A stretch of DNA of 64,000 bases, from the NCBI GenBank assembly GCA_022564195.1, contig JADFLW010000005.1:6808-70807 (forward strand), given 5' to 3'. A program made the translations under genes and the position numbers. This stretch comes from Patescibacteria group bacterium. GTDB lineage: Bacteria; Patescibacteriota; Microgenomatia; UBA1400; Chisholmbacteraceae. This document shows, piece by piece, positions 1-9,210 of the stretch. The notes under the pieces were generated by a model that made no database searches, was not told the origin of the DNA, and saw nothing but the letters and a program-made list of their open reading frames with translations. How positions within the stretch are numbered: the stretch's first letter is position 1; the number at the start of each line of letters is the position of its first letter.

Positions 1-300
1 CTCAACCAAATCTTCAAATTCACCAATTGCACAAAGAATTTCGGGAACGAGCGGCTCCAGGTGGGTGTCTTCAACGAGGGCACTAACAAGATCAGAGGCA
101 TCTTGAAATCTCTCCAGCGGAGGCACTTGGGAGTCCGGATGCTCTACCCCCACCAGTCTTCGAAGATCGACAACAAACGTTCTCCACGTAACCGGATCGC
201 CTTTGCTACGGACACCAAAATGCAAACCGTCATACACTCCCTGCAGCTCTTCGTTTAATGGGATGGGGGCGACGGTGGCGCGTGAGCGTTCAGTGGTTGC
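1..300 (-). CDS. hypothetical protein, partial. The gene starts at an ATG ending at position 300 and runs off the window at position 1.
   Basis: The minus-strand frame is open from ATG (MATTERSRATVAPIPLNEELQGVYDG...) through position 1. The ATG overlaps the 3' end of the upstream ORF (ATGGCAACCACTGA). No recognisable family. Confidence 0.4.
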
Positions 301-547
301 CATTTCCACTCTCTTTCTTCTGTCGAAAGGAAGCAACAATCCGTTCAATCACTGTTTCAAAAGGAACCTGCTTCAATCTCTTTTCAAGAAGCGCATGTTG
401 AGCCTGAAGAAATGCAAGAACGCTCTGTTGCTCTACCACAGAAGTGGTTTTAAGACGAGAAATGTACAAAGACTTTTGCCCAGGAGTAAGTAACGGGGAA
501 TTTTTAACAAGCTGAATGACCTCTAAGAGAAGATCGTGCTTGTTCAT
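290..547 (-). CDS. hypothetical small protein
   Basis: The ORF is MNKHDLLLEVIQLVKNSP.... The start is preceded by AAAGGAG with a 7-nt spacer, just 3' of a terminator hairpin. No family recognised. Confidence 0.4.
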   Translation of the reverse strand: MNKHDLLLEVIQLVKNSPLLTPGQKSLYISRLKTTSVVEQQSVLAFLQAQHALLEKRLKQVPFETVIERIVASFRQKKESGNGNH

Positions 548-570
548 AAAAATAACAACCAACTCCTTTC

Positions 571-595
571 AAAAACCCGCAGAGTTTCCTGCGGG
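571..595 (-). terminator. rho-independent terminator after RNR paralog 1
   Basis: On the minus strand the hairpin CCCGCAG-GAAACT-CTGCGGG is followed directly by TTTTT. Confidence 0.55.
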
Positions 596-632
596 CATTA
601 CACCATACGCCTAAAAAAACGCAATGTGTAAC

Positions 633-2900
633 CTATACTTCACATTTGCTGTAGCCACATTGTTGACAAGTCGAGCAGCCCTCGGCAAAATACATGGCGC
701 CCCCACATTCAGGACAAATGACGTCCTGAGTTTCCTCCGTAGGGTTGCCTTCTCTGGCTCGCAACGCCAATGGAACAACCGAAAGCTTGCTCTGAATTTT
801 TACTTCACGCTTTTCAGCTGCTACGGTATTGAGAATCTGTACTGCCTTGCTTTTATCCCGATAGATCGTGATCCCCTTACACCCTGTATCCCGAGCAAGC
901 ATATACGCGCGCTCCACATCCTCGATGGTTGCAGACTCAGGGAAATTAATGGTCTTGGACACCGCGTTGTCCGTGTATTTTTGAAACGCCGCTTGCATCC
1001 GCACATGCCAATCCGGCGGAATATCATGGGCTGTGCGGAAGACCTCTTTGATCCACGAAGGCACACCCTCAACATGGTCAACGCTTCCGGTCTTGGAAAC
1101 CTCATGCAGTACAGCATCAATCTGAGTCCGCTCCCCATCACCAAAAGCCTCATCAAGCGCTTGTTCAAATAAAGTATTCGTATATGTTAGTCCATGCTGA
1201 TCTACCACATTTTTCACATACGCCAAAGCGAAGACAGGCTCGATACCCGAGCTGCAATCGGCAAGCATACTGATCGTCCCTGTCGGAGCAATGGTGGTGA
1301 TCGCAATATTCCGCACCCGTGCCGACTTTCTCCCGCGCCTGCCAAGCACAGGATGACGACGGGCAAAACCACTTTGCTTCCACAACGGAAATCCCCCCTT
1401 TTCTCGCGCCAGCTTCGCACTCTCATCCCAGCCAACCTCTTGAATGAACTTCATCACCCTCGAAGCCAACCGCACCGCTCGCTCGCTATCGTAGCGAATG
1501 CGAAGCTTAAGCAACATATCTGCCCACCCCATCACTCCCAAGCCAATCCTCCGCACCCGATGTGCCATATTCTTAACCTGCGGGATAGGATATTCACTCG
1601 CATCAATTCCATCATCCAAAAATCGCACCGCTAGCCTCATCACCCGCTCAAGCTCCTCCCAATCAACACGCGGTTTCACTTGACCATTGCCGCCTGAAGT
1701 AACGAACCTCGATAAATTCAAAGAGCCCAAATTGCAAACATCAAACGGGTGAAGCGGTTGCTCACCACACACATTGGTCGCCTCAATCGGCCCCAGTGCC
1801 GCCAAAAGTGGGTTGTTGCGATTAATAGCATCCAAATAGATCATCCCTGGATCCCCGGTCTTCCATGCCAAGGCGACGGCCTGATCAAAGATCGTCCGGG
1901 CTCCAATAGTCTGCACCACATCTCCAGTCCGAGGGTTAATTAAATTCCATTCCCGATCGCCCTCCACCGCCTTCATGAACGCATCAGAAGCCCCCAGCGA
2001 AATGTTGAAATTAGCGACCTCCCCTTCTTGCGTTTTACAAGCAATGAATTCAAAAATATCCGGGTGGTCGGCATTGAGGATCCCCATGTTCGCACCACGG
2101 TGCCGACCACCAAGCATCACAATCTCTGTTGCCGCATCAAACGCCTTCATAAACGACACCGGTCCTGATGCAAATCCTCCACCACCAACAATATCGCCCT
2201 TCGGTCGCAAACGCGAAAAGTTGTATCCTGTCCCTCCACCCGATTGGTGAATGAGCGCCGTCCATTTGACCGCATCAAAAATCGCACCCATATCATCCTC
2301 AACTGGCAAAACGAAGCAATTCGCCAAAAGACCTCGTTTCCGCCCGGCACCGCGGAAATAGCAACCGGCCGGAACAAACGAAAAGGTGCCAATCATTTCC
2401 GCAAACCGCCCCTCCCAACCCTTTTTCTTCCGTTTCTCCGAAGATGCCACTGTCCGCGCCACCCGCTCAACCGCTTGCCGGGGCGTCTCAATCACATTCC
2501 CCTGTTCGTCTTTGAGAAGGTAGCGCCGCGCCATGGCTTTCAACGCATTCATCGGCATCCCTAAATCATCCTCAACCCCAATGACCTGCCGCGCTGCTCG
2601 AAGATCTGCCCGCTCTTTCCGATAGAGGATGTAGGCCTTGGCAGTCTGGTAGTACGAAGCGGCCATCAGCACTTGCTCAACGATATCCTGCACCTGCTCA
2701 ACAGTCGGTGTCACCTCACCGTTAGCTTTCTCCAAAATTGACATCACAATATCGGCAAGCCGCTTGGCTTCCTTCATCCCAAACTCACCGGTCGCTTTCC
2801 CAGCCTTGGAAATTACAGTGGTAATGTTCCCAGCATCGAGATCAACAATGCGCCCATCCCGTTTTTTTATTTTTTTGATCACAGAAGTCTTATTTCTCAT
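633..2900 (-). CDS. nrdJ: class II (adenosylcobalamin-dependent) ribonucleotide reductase, paralog 1, with N-terminal ATP cone
   Basis: N-terminal ATP-cone (KRDGRIVDLDAGNITTVISKA). RNR catalytic core (LANCFVL, NVCGEQPL, FDVCNLGSLNL). C-terminal Zn ribbon CPECGG...CSTCQQCGYSKC. Confidence 0.9.
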   Translation of the reverse strand: MRNKTSVIKKIKKRDGRIVDLDAGNITTVISKAGKATGEFGMKEAKRLADIVMSILEKANGEVTPTVEQVQDIVEQVLMAASYYQTAKAYILYRKERADLRAARQVIGVEDDLGMPMNALKAMARRYLLKDEQGNVIETPRQAVERVARTVASSEKRKKKGWEGRFAEMIGTFSFVPAGCYFRGAGRKRGLLANCFVLPVEDDMGAIFDAVKWTALIHQSGGGTGYNFSRLRPKGDIVGGGGFASGPVSFMKAFDAATEIVMLGGRHRGANMGILNADHPDIFEFIACKTQEGEVANFNISLGASDAFMKAVEGDREWNLINPRTGDVVQTIGARTIFDQAVALAWKTGDPGMIYLDAINRNNPLLAALGPIEATNVCGEQPLHPFDVCNLGSLNLSRFVTSGGNGQVKPRVDWEELERVMRLAVRFLDDGIDASEYPIPQVKNMAHRVRRIGLGVMGWADMLLKLRIRYDSERAVRLASRVMKFIQEVGWDESAKLAREKGGFPLWKQSGFARRHPVLGRRGRKSARVRNIAITTIAPTGTISMLADCSSGIEPVFALAYVKNVVDQHGLTYTNTLFEQALDEAFGDGERTQIDAVLHEVSKTGSVDHVEGVPSWIKEVFRTAHDIPPDWHVRMQAAFQKYTDNAVSKTINFPESATIEDVERAYMLARDTGCKGITIYRDKSKAVQILNTVAAEKREVKIQSKLSVVPLALRAREGNPTEETQDVICPECGGAMYFAEGCSTCQQCGYSKCEV

Positions 2901-2923
2901 ATGTATTGGAAATGAATCGTTGA

Positions 2924-3349
2924 CTACCGGTCTTCCTCGCCTCCGGCGAGCGGGTGTCCTCCTCGGTGTTTTGCCTTAATCCGATAGTACGCTCGATCCC
3001 TCTCTTCCAGTGTTTTTTCTTTTGAAAACAGGTGTTCAGGCCACTTCTCTTTGTTCTTAGCAAGTTTTTTCTCGAAAGCCTTAGAGACGTCGATGTTCAT
3101 GCTATCCGCAACCACTAACACCCACCATATAACATCAGCAAGCTCATCGCAAACGGGACCATAGAGTCGTGCTTCGCGCTTCACTTCTGCTCCCGTTTTC
3201 CACTGAAAGTGCTCAAGAAGCTCCGCTGCCTCCAACACCAAAGAAAGCGCCGCATCCTTAGGATTTTCCATGCCCGTCCAGCCTCGCTTCTTCCGAAACT
3301 CCAACACTTTTTGTTTGAGCTCTGAAATTGTTGTCTCCTGATCATTCAT
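2924..3349 (-). CDS. mazG: MazG-like nucleoside triphosphate pyrophosphohydrolase
   Basis: MazG/NTP-PPase motifs EEAAELLEHFQW and DELADVIWWVLVVADSMNIDV. Start chosen at MNDQETT, which has a perfect AGGAGG 7 nt upstream; the ORF extends to 3370. Confidence 0.8.
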   Translation of the reverse strand: MNDQETTISELKQKVLEFRKKRGWTGMENPKDAALSLVLEAAELLEHFQWKTGAEVKREARLYGPVCDELADVIWWVLVVADSMNIDVSKAFEKKLAKNKEKWPEHLFSKEKTLEERDRAYYRIKAKHRGGHPLAGGEEDR

Positions 3350-3384
3350 GAACATACCTCCTAACAACATTAACCGACCTCAGC

Positions 3385-3825
3385 TCAACCAGTGCTTTTA
3401 TAATCCTCAATTATCCTGTTATGATCCGCCGCGAGTCTTGGCAATTTGTCAAAGGAAAACCACTTTGCATCCAAGGCATCATCGCTCGCTCTTAACGCTT
3501 CTTCTGAAACCAAAACCTCGTAAACAATCGTCACCCGCTGAAAGGTGTCCCGCTTCGGGTCAGAATATATTCCCACAAACCGACCAAGCTTTCCAGTGAG
3601 TCCCGTCTCTTCCTCAAGCTCTCGCAGCACCGCCTCACGATCATCTTCATCCCAATCAAGCAAACCGCCAGGCAATGCCCAAAATCCTTTCTGCGGCTCA
3701 TTCCCGCGTTTAATCAACACCACTTTCCCATCACGCACAGCCACCGCATCAACGGCAATATTTCGCAAATATCTATGCCCACAATGCGGACACTTCTCCC
3801 CTCGCGTAAGAATCACTTTGCCCAT
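3385..3825 (-). CDS. NUDIX hydrolase with N-terminal zinc ribbon
   Basis: Nudix box GGLLDWDEDDREAVLRELEEETGL. N-terminal CPHCGH... Confidence 0.85.
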   Translation of the reverse strand: MGKVILTRGEKCPHCGHRYLRNIAVDAVAVRDGKVVLIKRGNEPQKGFWALPGGLLDWDEDDREAVLRELEEETGLTGKLGRFVGIYSDPKRDTFQRVTIVYEVLVSEEALRASDDALDAKWFSFDKLPRLAADHNRIIEDYKSTG

Positions 3826-3932
3826 GGACGATTAAACCGAACAATGACTGTAGCCGCATTCCGTACAAGCCCGCCTGCCAAAGCAAATTGACAAGCAAGT
3901 ACGCGACACAAAACTAAACTTTCGTTCAGACA

Positions 3933-6239
3933 TCACACAGCACAATAAGAGTATGCGCATTGCGGGCAGGTCGCGCATCCTTCCGCGAAGGTCATCGCAC
4001 TTCCACATTCAGGACAGACTCCTTCGAGCGCAGCAATCTTCTTCGTCTCCATTCTCTTGGATGCCGGGTGTTTTTCAGCGACGGTACTTAACACTTGATC
4101 CACCTTGCTCCCATCCCGATAAATCGTGATCCCTTTACATCCCAATCGCCATGCTAATAGATACGCGTCCTTCACATCCTTGCGCTTAGCGCTATGTTTA
4201 AAATTAATGGTCTTCGACACCGAATTATCACAATACTTCTGCCATGCAGCCTGAATTTTGACATGCCACGGCCAATCAACCTCATGGGTTGTCACAAACA
4301 CTTCAGCCATCTTCTTCGGTACACCTTTCAAACCACTGAGGCTCCCCTGCTTCTTAAGATGCGAAAGAATCCCTCGTTTCGTGAGCCCTTGAATTTCTCC
4401 ATTCTTAAGCTTAACATCCAAAACCTCCTCAAACACCGGATCCACGATTGTCATCGTCTTCGTCGCCCGATTCCTGCGATCATCCTCAAAGAACGTCCTC
4501 CGGGCAGTGACCAATGAGAATACTGGTTCAATACCTGCACTGCAGTTGGCAAAAAGGCTGATGGTGCCAGTCGGCGCGATCGTCAGCATCGTCGCATTCC
4601 GGTAGCGCTCTGCCGTACCCGCCCAGTAGCTGATATCAAAATTGGGAAAAACGCCACGCGCTTTTGCAAGCTCCATGGAAGCCGCTTCCGCTTCTCTTTT
4701 GATAAACTTTCCCAAGTGATCTGCCATCGCGACCGCTTCGCGGCTGCCATATGGAATGCCAAGCTTAAAAAGAAGATGGGCAAATCCCATCACCCCCAAA
4801 CCGATCTTGCGATTACCATGGCGCACCACCCGCTCAATTTCAGGAAGAATATAGGTATTCACCTCAATCATGTTATCCAAAAACCGAATCGCCGTGCGTA
4901 CCGTCTCCCCAAGATCATCCCAATCCACTTCCCAGCCAAATAGCCCGTGCGCATCGCGGCCTCGCTTGCCATTCTTCCGTTTGACATGCCTAGACAACAC
5001 GATGCTTGAAAGGTTACAACTCTCGTACGGCAAAAGCGGCTGCTCCCCGCATGGATTGGTGGCATCAAGCTTCCCTAGAGTGGGCGTGGGATTGTCCTGC
5101 TCCACGCGGTCCAAAAATATCATGCCCGGATCCCCGGTCTTGTGCGCCGCGGAAACAATCTCATCAAAAAGCCGACGGGCCTTCACAGTTACCGTGGTCT
5201 CACCGGTGCGCGGGTTCACCAAACGCCAGTCTTTGCCCTTCTCAACCGCTTCCATAAACGCATCCACCGCGCCCACCGAAATGTTGAAGTTCTTGATGTT
5301 CCCATCCTCTTCCTTCACCCGAATAAAATCATAAACATCAGGATGATCGGCATTAAGAATCGCCATGTTCCCACCCCGTCGCTTGGCACCCTGCAAGATC
5401 TTCGACAGAGCCGCCGAATACGCCTGTAAAAAGTCCACCGGTCCACTCGCCGCACCCGGAACGTTCTTCACCTTATCTCTGCACGGCCGGATCTTCGAAA
5501 AATTAAACCCAGTTCCACCGTTGTTTTTGTGAATGAGTGCCGCTTCCCCCAACGTTTTAAAAATGGAAGCAATGCTATCCTCAATCCCTAACACGAAACA
5601 GGCAGAAAGTTGCCCAGTCCCCCCATCATTGCCAGCCTCAAACATCGCCTTTCCGGAACAAACGAATTTCAATTTCACCATCCGCTCAAAAAATTCTCGC
5701 GCCATCCGCTCCACCTCTCCTTCGCTCTCCCAGCCAATCTCGGATTTTGCCATGTGCCGCGCCACCCGCCAAAGAAGCGCGCCCGGTGTCTCAATCACCC
5801 GACCTTGCATGTCGGTACGAAGATAACGCTTTTTGGCGACTTCCAACGAGTGCCCGGCCATCTCCGGCTCACGGATCTTCCACTCCGCTTCATCCGCTGC
5901 CTTTCTCGTGCTGTAGAGAATATAATACTTGGCCGTTGCGAAGTAGCCTGCTTGAGCTATAGCCGGCTCAACAATATTGCGGACTTCATCCACCGTGACC
6001 ATCCGGCGCCGACTAAAACCGTTCTGCAGTTTCGCCATCAGACCCTTGATAACTTTTGCCGCCTCTCGCTTCCCAAACTCTCCCGTGTCAGCTCCGGCGG
6101 CAATAACGCTGCGCTCGATCTTTGCCAGATCAAACGGCTCCTCCCGCCCATCCCGCTTTTTCACACCAAGAGAGCGCCTAGTCAGTTGCTCTCTTATGTC
6201 TTCAATTTGTTTTTTACCAAGAGCCAGGATTCCTTGCAT
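3933..6239 (-). CDS. nrdJ: class II ribonucleotide reductase, paralog 2, with ATP cone
   Basis: ATP cone (KKRDGREEPFDLAKIERSV). Core motifs LSACFVLGIED, NPCGEQPLLPYESCNLSS. C-terminal Zn ribbon CPECGSAMTFAEGCATCPQCAYSYC. Confidence 0.9.
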   Translation of the reverse strand: MQGILALGKKQIEDIREQLTRRSLGVKKRDGREEPFDLAKIERSVIAAGADTGEFGKREAAKVIKGLMAKLQNGFSRRRMVTVDEVRNIVEPAIAQAGYFATAKYYILYSTRKAADEAEWKIREPEMAGHSLEVAKKRYLRTDMQGRVIETPGALLWRVARHMAKSEIGWESEGEVERMAREFFERMVKLKFVCSGKAMFEAGNDGGTGQLSACFVLGIEDSIASIFKTLGEAALIHKNNGGTGFNFSKIRPCRDKVKNVPGAASGPVDFLQAYSAALSKILQGAKRRGGNMAILNADHPDVYDFIRVKEEDGNIKNFNISVGAVDAFMEAVEKGKDWRLVNPRTGETTVTVKARRLFDEIVSAAHKTGDPGMIFLDRVEQDNPTPTLGKLDATNPCGEQPLLPYESCNLSSIVLSRHVKRKNGKRGRDAHGLFGWEVDWDDLGETVRTAIRFLDNMIEVNTYILPEIERVVRHGNRKIGLGVMGFAHLLFKLGIPYGSREAVAMADHLGKFIKREAEAASMELAKARGVFPNFDISYWAGTAERYRNATMLTIAPTGTISLFANCSAGIEPVFSLVTARRTFFEDDRRNRATKTMTIVDPVFEEVLDVKLKNGEIQGLTKRGILSHLKKQGSLSGLKGVPKKMAEVFVTTHEVDWPWHVKIQAAWQKYCDNSVSKTINFKHSAKRKDVKDAYLLAWRLGCKGITIYRDGSKVDQVLSTVAEKHPASKRMETKKIAALEGVCPECGSAMTFAEGCATCPQCAYSYCAV

Positions 6240-6268
6240 ATAAGAGGCGTCCTATAATCACTACACTA

Positions 6269-8254
6269 TCAGGCTACATTGCAATAGCTGTAGGAGCAAT
6301 TCGGGCAGGTTGCACATCCATCCTGAAACACCATCGGCGTTCTGCAGTCCGGACAAATTCCCTCATCTCCGTTCACCACAACATAGCGATGTTCATGGAG
6401 TTCTTGCCGCACCTCACCGTTCACTTCTCCGTCGACAAGCTCGACTACTTCCGATGAGCCTCCAGAAGAAACCTTCCCAAGATTCAACACCTGCTGCGAA
6501 CGGCTTTTATCACGATAGATGGTAATGCCCATACAACCCGTGTCATAAGCCATAAGGTAGGCACGCCGGACATCCTCAACCGTTGCCGTCTCTGGCAAAT
6601 TAATGGTCTTGGAAACCGCGCTATCAAAGTATCGCTGCCATGCTGCCTGCATCTTGACATGCCACTTCCAACGAATATCATGGCTTGTTGCAAAAATTCG
6701 CTGAAGATCATCCGGTACTCCGTCGATATCCTGACAGCTTCCGGTCTGTGCAACCTCACTCAATATCCGTTCTCTACGCTTTCGACTCCTCACCCGGTTG
6801 GCAAGCTGTCGTTTAAACTCAGCGTTGAACTCGGTTAATTCGGTTTTACCGATATCCAAAATATTGCGTCTCGTGAAGCTCAATGCAAAAATCGGCTCGA
6901 TTCCAGAAGAGCAGGAAGCTAAAATACTGATAGTCCCGGTTGGCGCTATGGTCGTAACGGTGCTGTTGCGCATCGCAGGATATTTTTTCTCCCATCGACT
7001 ACCTTCAAAGGCAGAAAACGATCCGCGGGCGCGTCCCATTGCAACCGACGCATCCCGTGCCACGCGGTCTACGAACCGAGCGATCTTCCGCCCAATTGCC
7101 ACCCCTTCTGTTGAGTTGTAGGCAATACCAAGGCGAAACAGCAAATCGGCAAACCCCATCAGCCCCAAACCGATCTTGCGTGTTCTCTTCGACATCTCAT
7201 CAATTTCTGCCAAAGGATATTCACAAACATCAATGACATTATCCAAAAACCGAACCGCCAGCCTCGTTACTTCCTCCAATTTCTTCCAATCAACAAGCAT
7301 TTCAATATCTCTTTTCTCTTTACCCCTATGCTCTTTAGTCTTATTCTCTTTAGTCCTTTGAATAACAAATTTCGCCAAATTAATGGAACCTAAGTTGCAG
7401 CTTTGATAGGGCAGAAGTGGTTGCTCGCCACACGGATTGGTCGCCTCAATCTCTCCCAGGTGGCGGATAGGACAGGCTGCATTCATCCGGTCCAAGAAAA
7501 CCAGACCAGGATCCGCCACCTCCCACGCATATTCACAAATTTGTTCAAAGATCTCCCGTGCCCCAACCCGTCGGACGGTCTTGCCAGTGTGAGGCGCAAC
7601 CAAAGCGTAGGTCCCATCACGACGCAAGGCTTCCATAAAACTATCGGTGATGCCAACGGAAACGTTGAAGTTCCGGAGTCGTGTGCCACTGGCTTTCGCA
7701 ACGATGAACTCACGAATATCCGGATGGTCAACACGCAAGATCCCCATCATCGCCACCCTCCGACTCGACCCCTCGTTAATCACTTGAGCCATATGATCAA
7801 AAAGATCCATGTATGAAACAGGGCCTGAGGCAATCCCGCCCGTGCTCGACACCAAACTTCCCCGAGGCCGAAGACGAGAAAACGCGAAGCCGACACCCCC
7901 CCCTGTCCGCAATACAAGCGCTGCATCATGAAGAGTCTTGAAGATGCTCTCCAAGCCATCATCGATAGGAAGAACAAAACATGCCGAAAGCTGATTCACC
8001 CCATTACGACCCGCATGCATGAGTGTCGGGGAGTTGGGCAAAAATTCAAAACGTATCATCATCCGATAAAAGGCTCTGGCGTCAACCACCACATCCTCAC
8101 CATAGCTTCCACTCGCAGCCGCTATCGCATTGGCAACCCTGCGAAACATCTGCTCAGGAGTTTCAGTGACATTCCCTTTATCATCGCGCTTCAAATAATC
8201 GCGCATCTGAAGGACAGTTTTTGCGTTTTCCGATAGGCCTCTCATTACCAACAT
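6269..8254 (-). CDS. nrdJ: class II ribonucleotide reductase, paralog 3, lacking the ATP cone
   Basis: Core motifs LSACFVLPIDD, NPCGEQPLLPYQSCNLGSINL. C-terminal Zn ribbon CPDCRTPMVFQDGCATCPNCSYSYC. No N-terminal ATP-cone. Confidence 0.85.
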   Translation of the reverse strand: MLVMRGLSENAKTVLQMRDYLKRDDKGNVTETPEQMFRRVANAIAAASGSYGEDVVVDARAFYRMMIRFEFLPNSPTLMHAGRNGVNQLSACFVLPIDDGLESIFKTLHDAALVLRTGGGVGFAFSRLRPRGSLVSSTGGIASGPVSYMDLFDHMAQVINEGSSRRVAMMGILRVDHPDIREFIVAKASGTRLRNFNVSVGITDSFMEALRRDGTYALVAPHTGKTVRRVGAREIFEQICEYAWEVADPGLVFLDRMNAACPIRHLGEIEATNPCGEQPLLPYQSCNLGSINLAKFVIQRTKENKTKEHRGKEKRDIEMLVDWKKLEEVTRLAVRFLDNVIDVCEYPLAEIDEMSKRTRKIGLGLMGFADLLFRLGIAYNSTEGVAIGRKIARFVDRVARDASVAMGRARGSFSAFEGSRWEKKYPAMRNSTVTTIAPTGTISILASCSSGIEPIFALSFTRRNILDIGKTELTEFNAEFKRQLANRVRSRKRRERILSEVAQTGSCQDIDGVPDDLQRIFATSHDIRWKWHVKMQAAWQRYFDSAVSKTINLPETATVEDVRRAYLMAYDTGCMGITIYRDKSRSQQVLNLGKVSSGGSSEVVELVDGEVNGEVRQELHEHRYVVVNGDEGICPDCRTPMVFQDGCATCPNCSYSYCNVA

Positions 8255-8284
8255 CCTCCGAGTTTACCAAGCGAAGCCGCCTTG

Positions 8285-8740
8285 CTATGTGGACTGCTCC
8301 AGCTGTTTAATCTCCCGTTTGAAATCGTCAATATCTTGAAAATCCCGATACACGCTCGCAAACAGCAAATAGCCAACGGGGTCCAACTTGCGTAAACGGG
8401 TGATCACCAACTTCCCAACCTCCCAACTTTTTATTTCTTTATTCTTCCTGCGCCTAATCTTCCGCTCAACATCCTCAATGAGTTTCTCAATCTGCTCGAT
8501 GGATACTGGCCGTTTCCAAGTAGCCTTCATGAGTCCCTTTTTAATTTTCTCTCGATCAAATGGCTCGCGAGTTCCATCTTTCTTAAGAACGACAAGATCA
8601 ATGCCCTCAATCCGCTCGTACGTTGTGAACCGTTTCTCGCACACGTTGCATTCGCGTCGCCGCCTGATGCTTTCTTCATCCTCAGTCAGTCTGCTCTCCA
8701 AAACGCTGCTATCACGCTGCCCGCAATACGGACATTTCAT
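8285..8740 (-). CDS. nrdR: transcriptional repressor NrdR
   Basis: N-terminal Zn ribbon MKCPYCG...CNVCEKRF followed by an ATP-cone. 151 aa. Sits immediately upstream of RNR paralog 3. Confidence 0.9.
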   Translation of the reverse strand: MKCPYCGQRDSSVLESRLTEDEESIRRRRECNVCEKRFTTYERIEGIDLVVLKKDGTREPFDREKIKKGLMKATWKRPVSIEQIEKLIEDVERKIRRRKNKEIKSWEVGKLVITRLRKLDPVGYLLFASVYRDFQDIDDFKREIKQLEQST

Positions 8741-8786
8741 GAACCTACTACTCCTACCGTAAAAAATGTTATGTAAGAATAAAAAA

Positions 8787-8802
8787 ACACTAGATGTAGT
8801 GC
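8787..8802 (-). promoter_or_regulatory. NrdR box (operator) upstream of nrdR
   Basis: ACACTAGATGTAGTGC matches the 16-bp palindromic NrdR-box consensus acaCwAtATaTwGtgt. It lies about 45 nt upstream of the nrdR start, next to SD GGTAGGAG. Confidence 0.55.
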
Positions 8803-9006
8803 TTAAATAAACGCTATGCCACTACCCCTAGGCTGTCAACCATCAATTACTGTATCAAAGGAGATCGTCCAGAGTACAGGGGTCGGATGAGCAAACAGTG
8901 ACGAGTCTCCGTCCACATCCCTTCCTCAATCCCACAAACCACCGCGACCCAATTGAAACATTTTGTACTCAATAAAGATAAAATTACCCATAAAAAAGTG
9001 AAGTCT

Positions 9007-9027
9007 CCCCGGCCTAAGAGGCCGGGG
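9007..9027 (-). terminator. GC-rich hairpin, possible terminator, in the 470-bp non-coding region
   Basis: CCCCGGC-CTAAGAG-GCCGGGG is a perfect 7-bp GC stem. On the minus strand a T6 run lies 9 nt downstream, so the terminator assignment is weak. Confidence 0.3.
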
Positions 9028-9210
9028 CTTCTATCAATTGATAGACTGAAACTCCGTACCGAAAGCCCCAAGAAAACTATCATTCATCCCCGCGTTGAAG
9101 CTCCTCTGCCTAACTTTCCTAAAGCGCAAATCCCCGGAGCGTGGGCTTTCGCAAAGGGGACTAACAGCACGAGGCTTTCTGGTACTGGAGTAAAAAGAAA
9201 TACGGAAATT

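Noticed and set aside
624-8236. Numerous 60-215-aa ORFs on the plus strand inside the three RNR genes and the MazG/NUDIX genes, for example 624-1172, 5610-6257 and 7403-7816.
   Set aside because: They are antisense shadow ORFs that lie wholly within strongly supported minus-strand genes. They have low-complexity or Pro/Arg-rich translations and no motifs.
633-8254. Intein insertion in one of the class II RNRs. Inteins are common in RNRs.
   Set aside because: All three proteins are of normal length (661-768 aa) with contiguous catalytic motifs. No Hint or endonuclease blocks are present.
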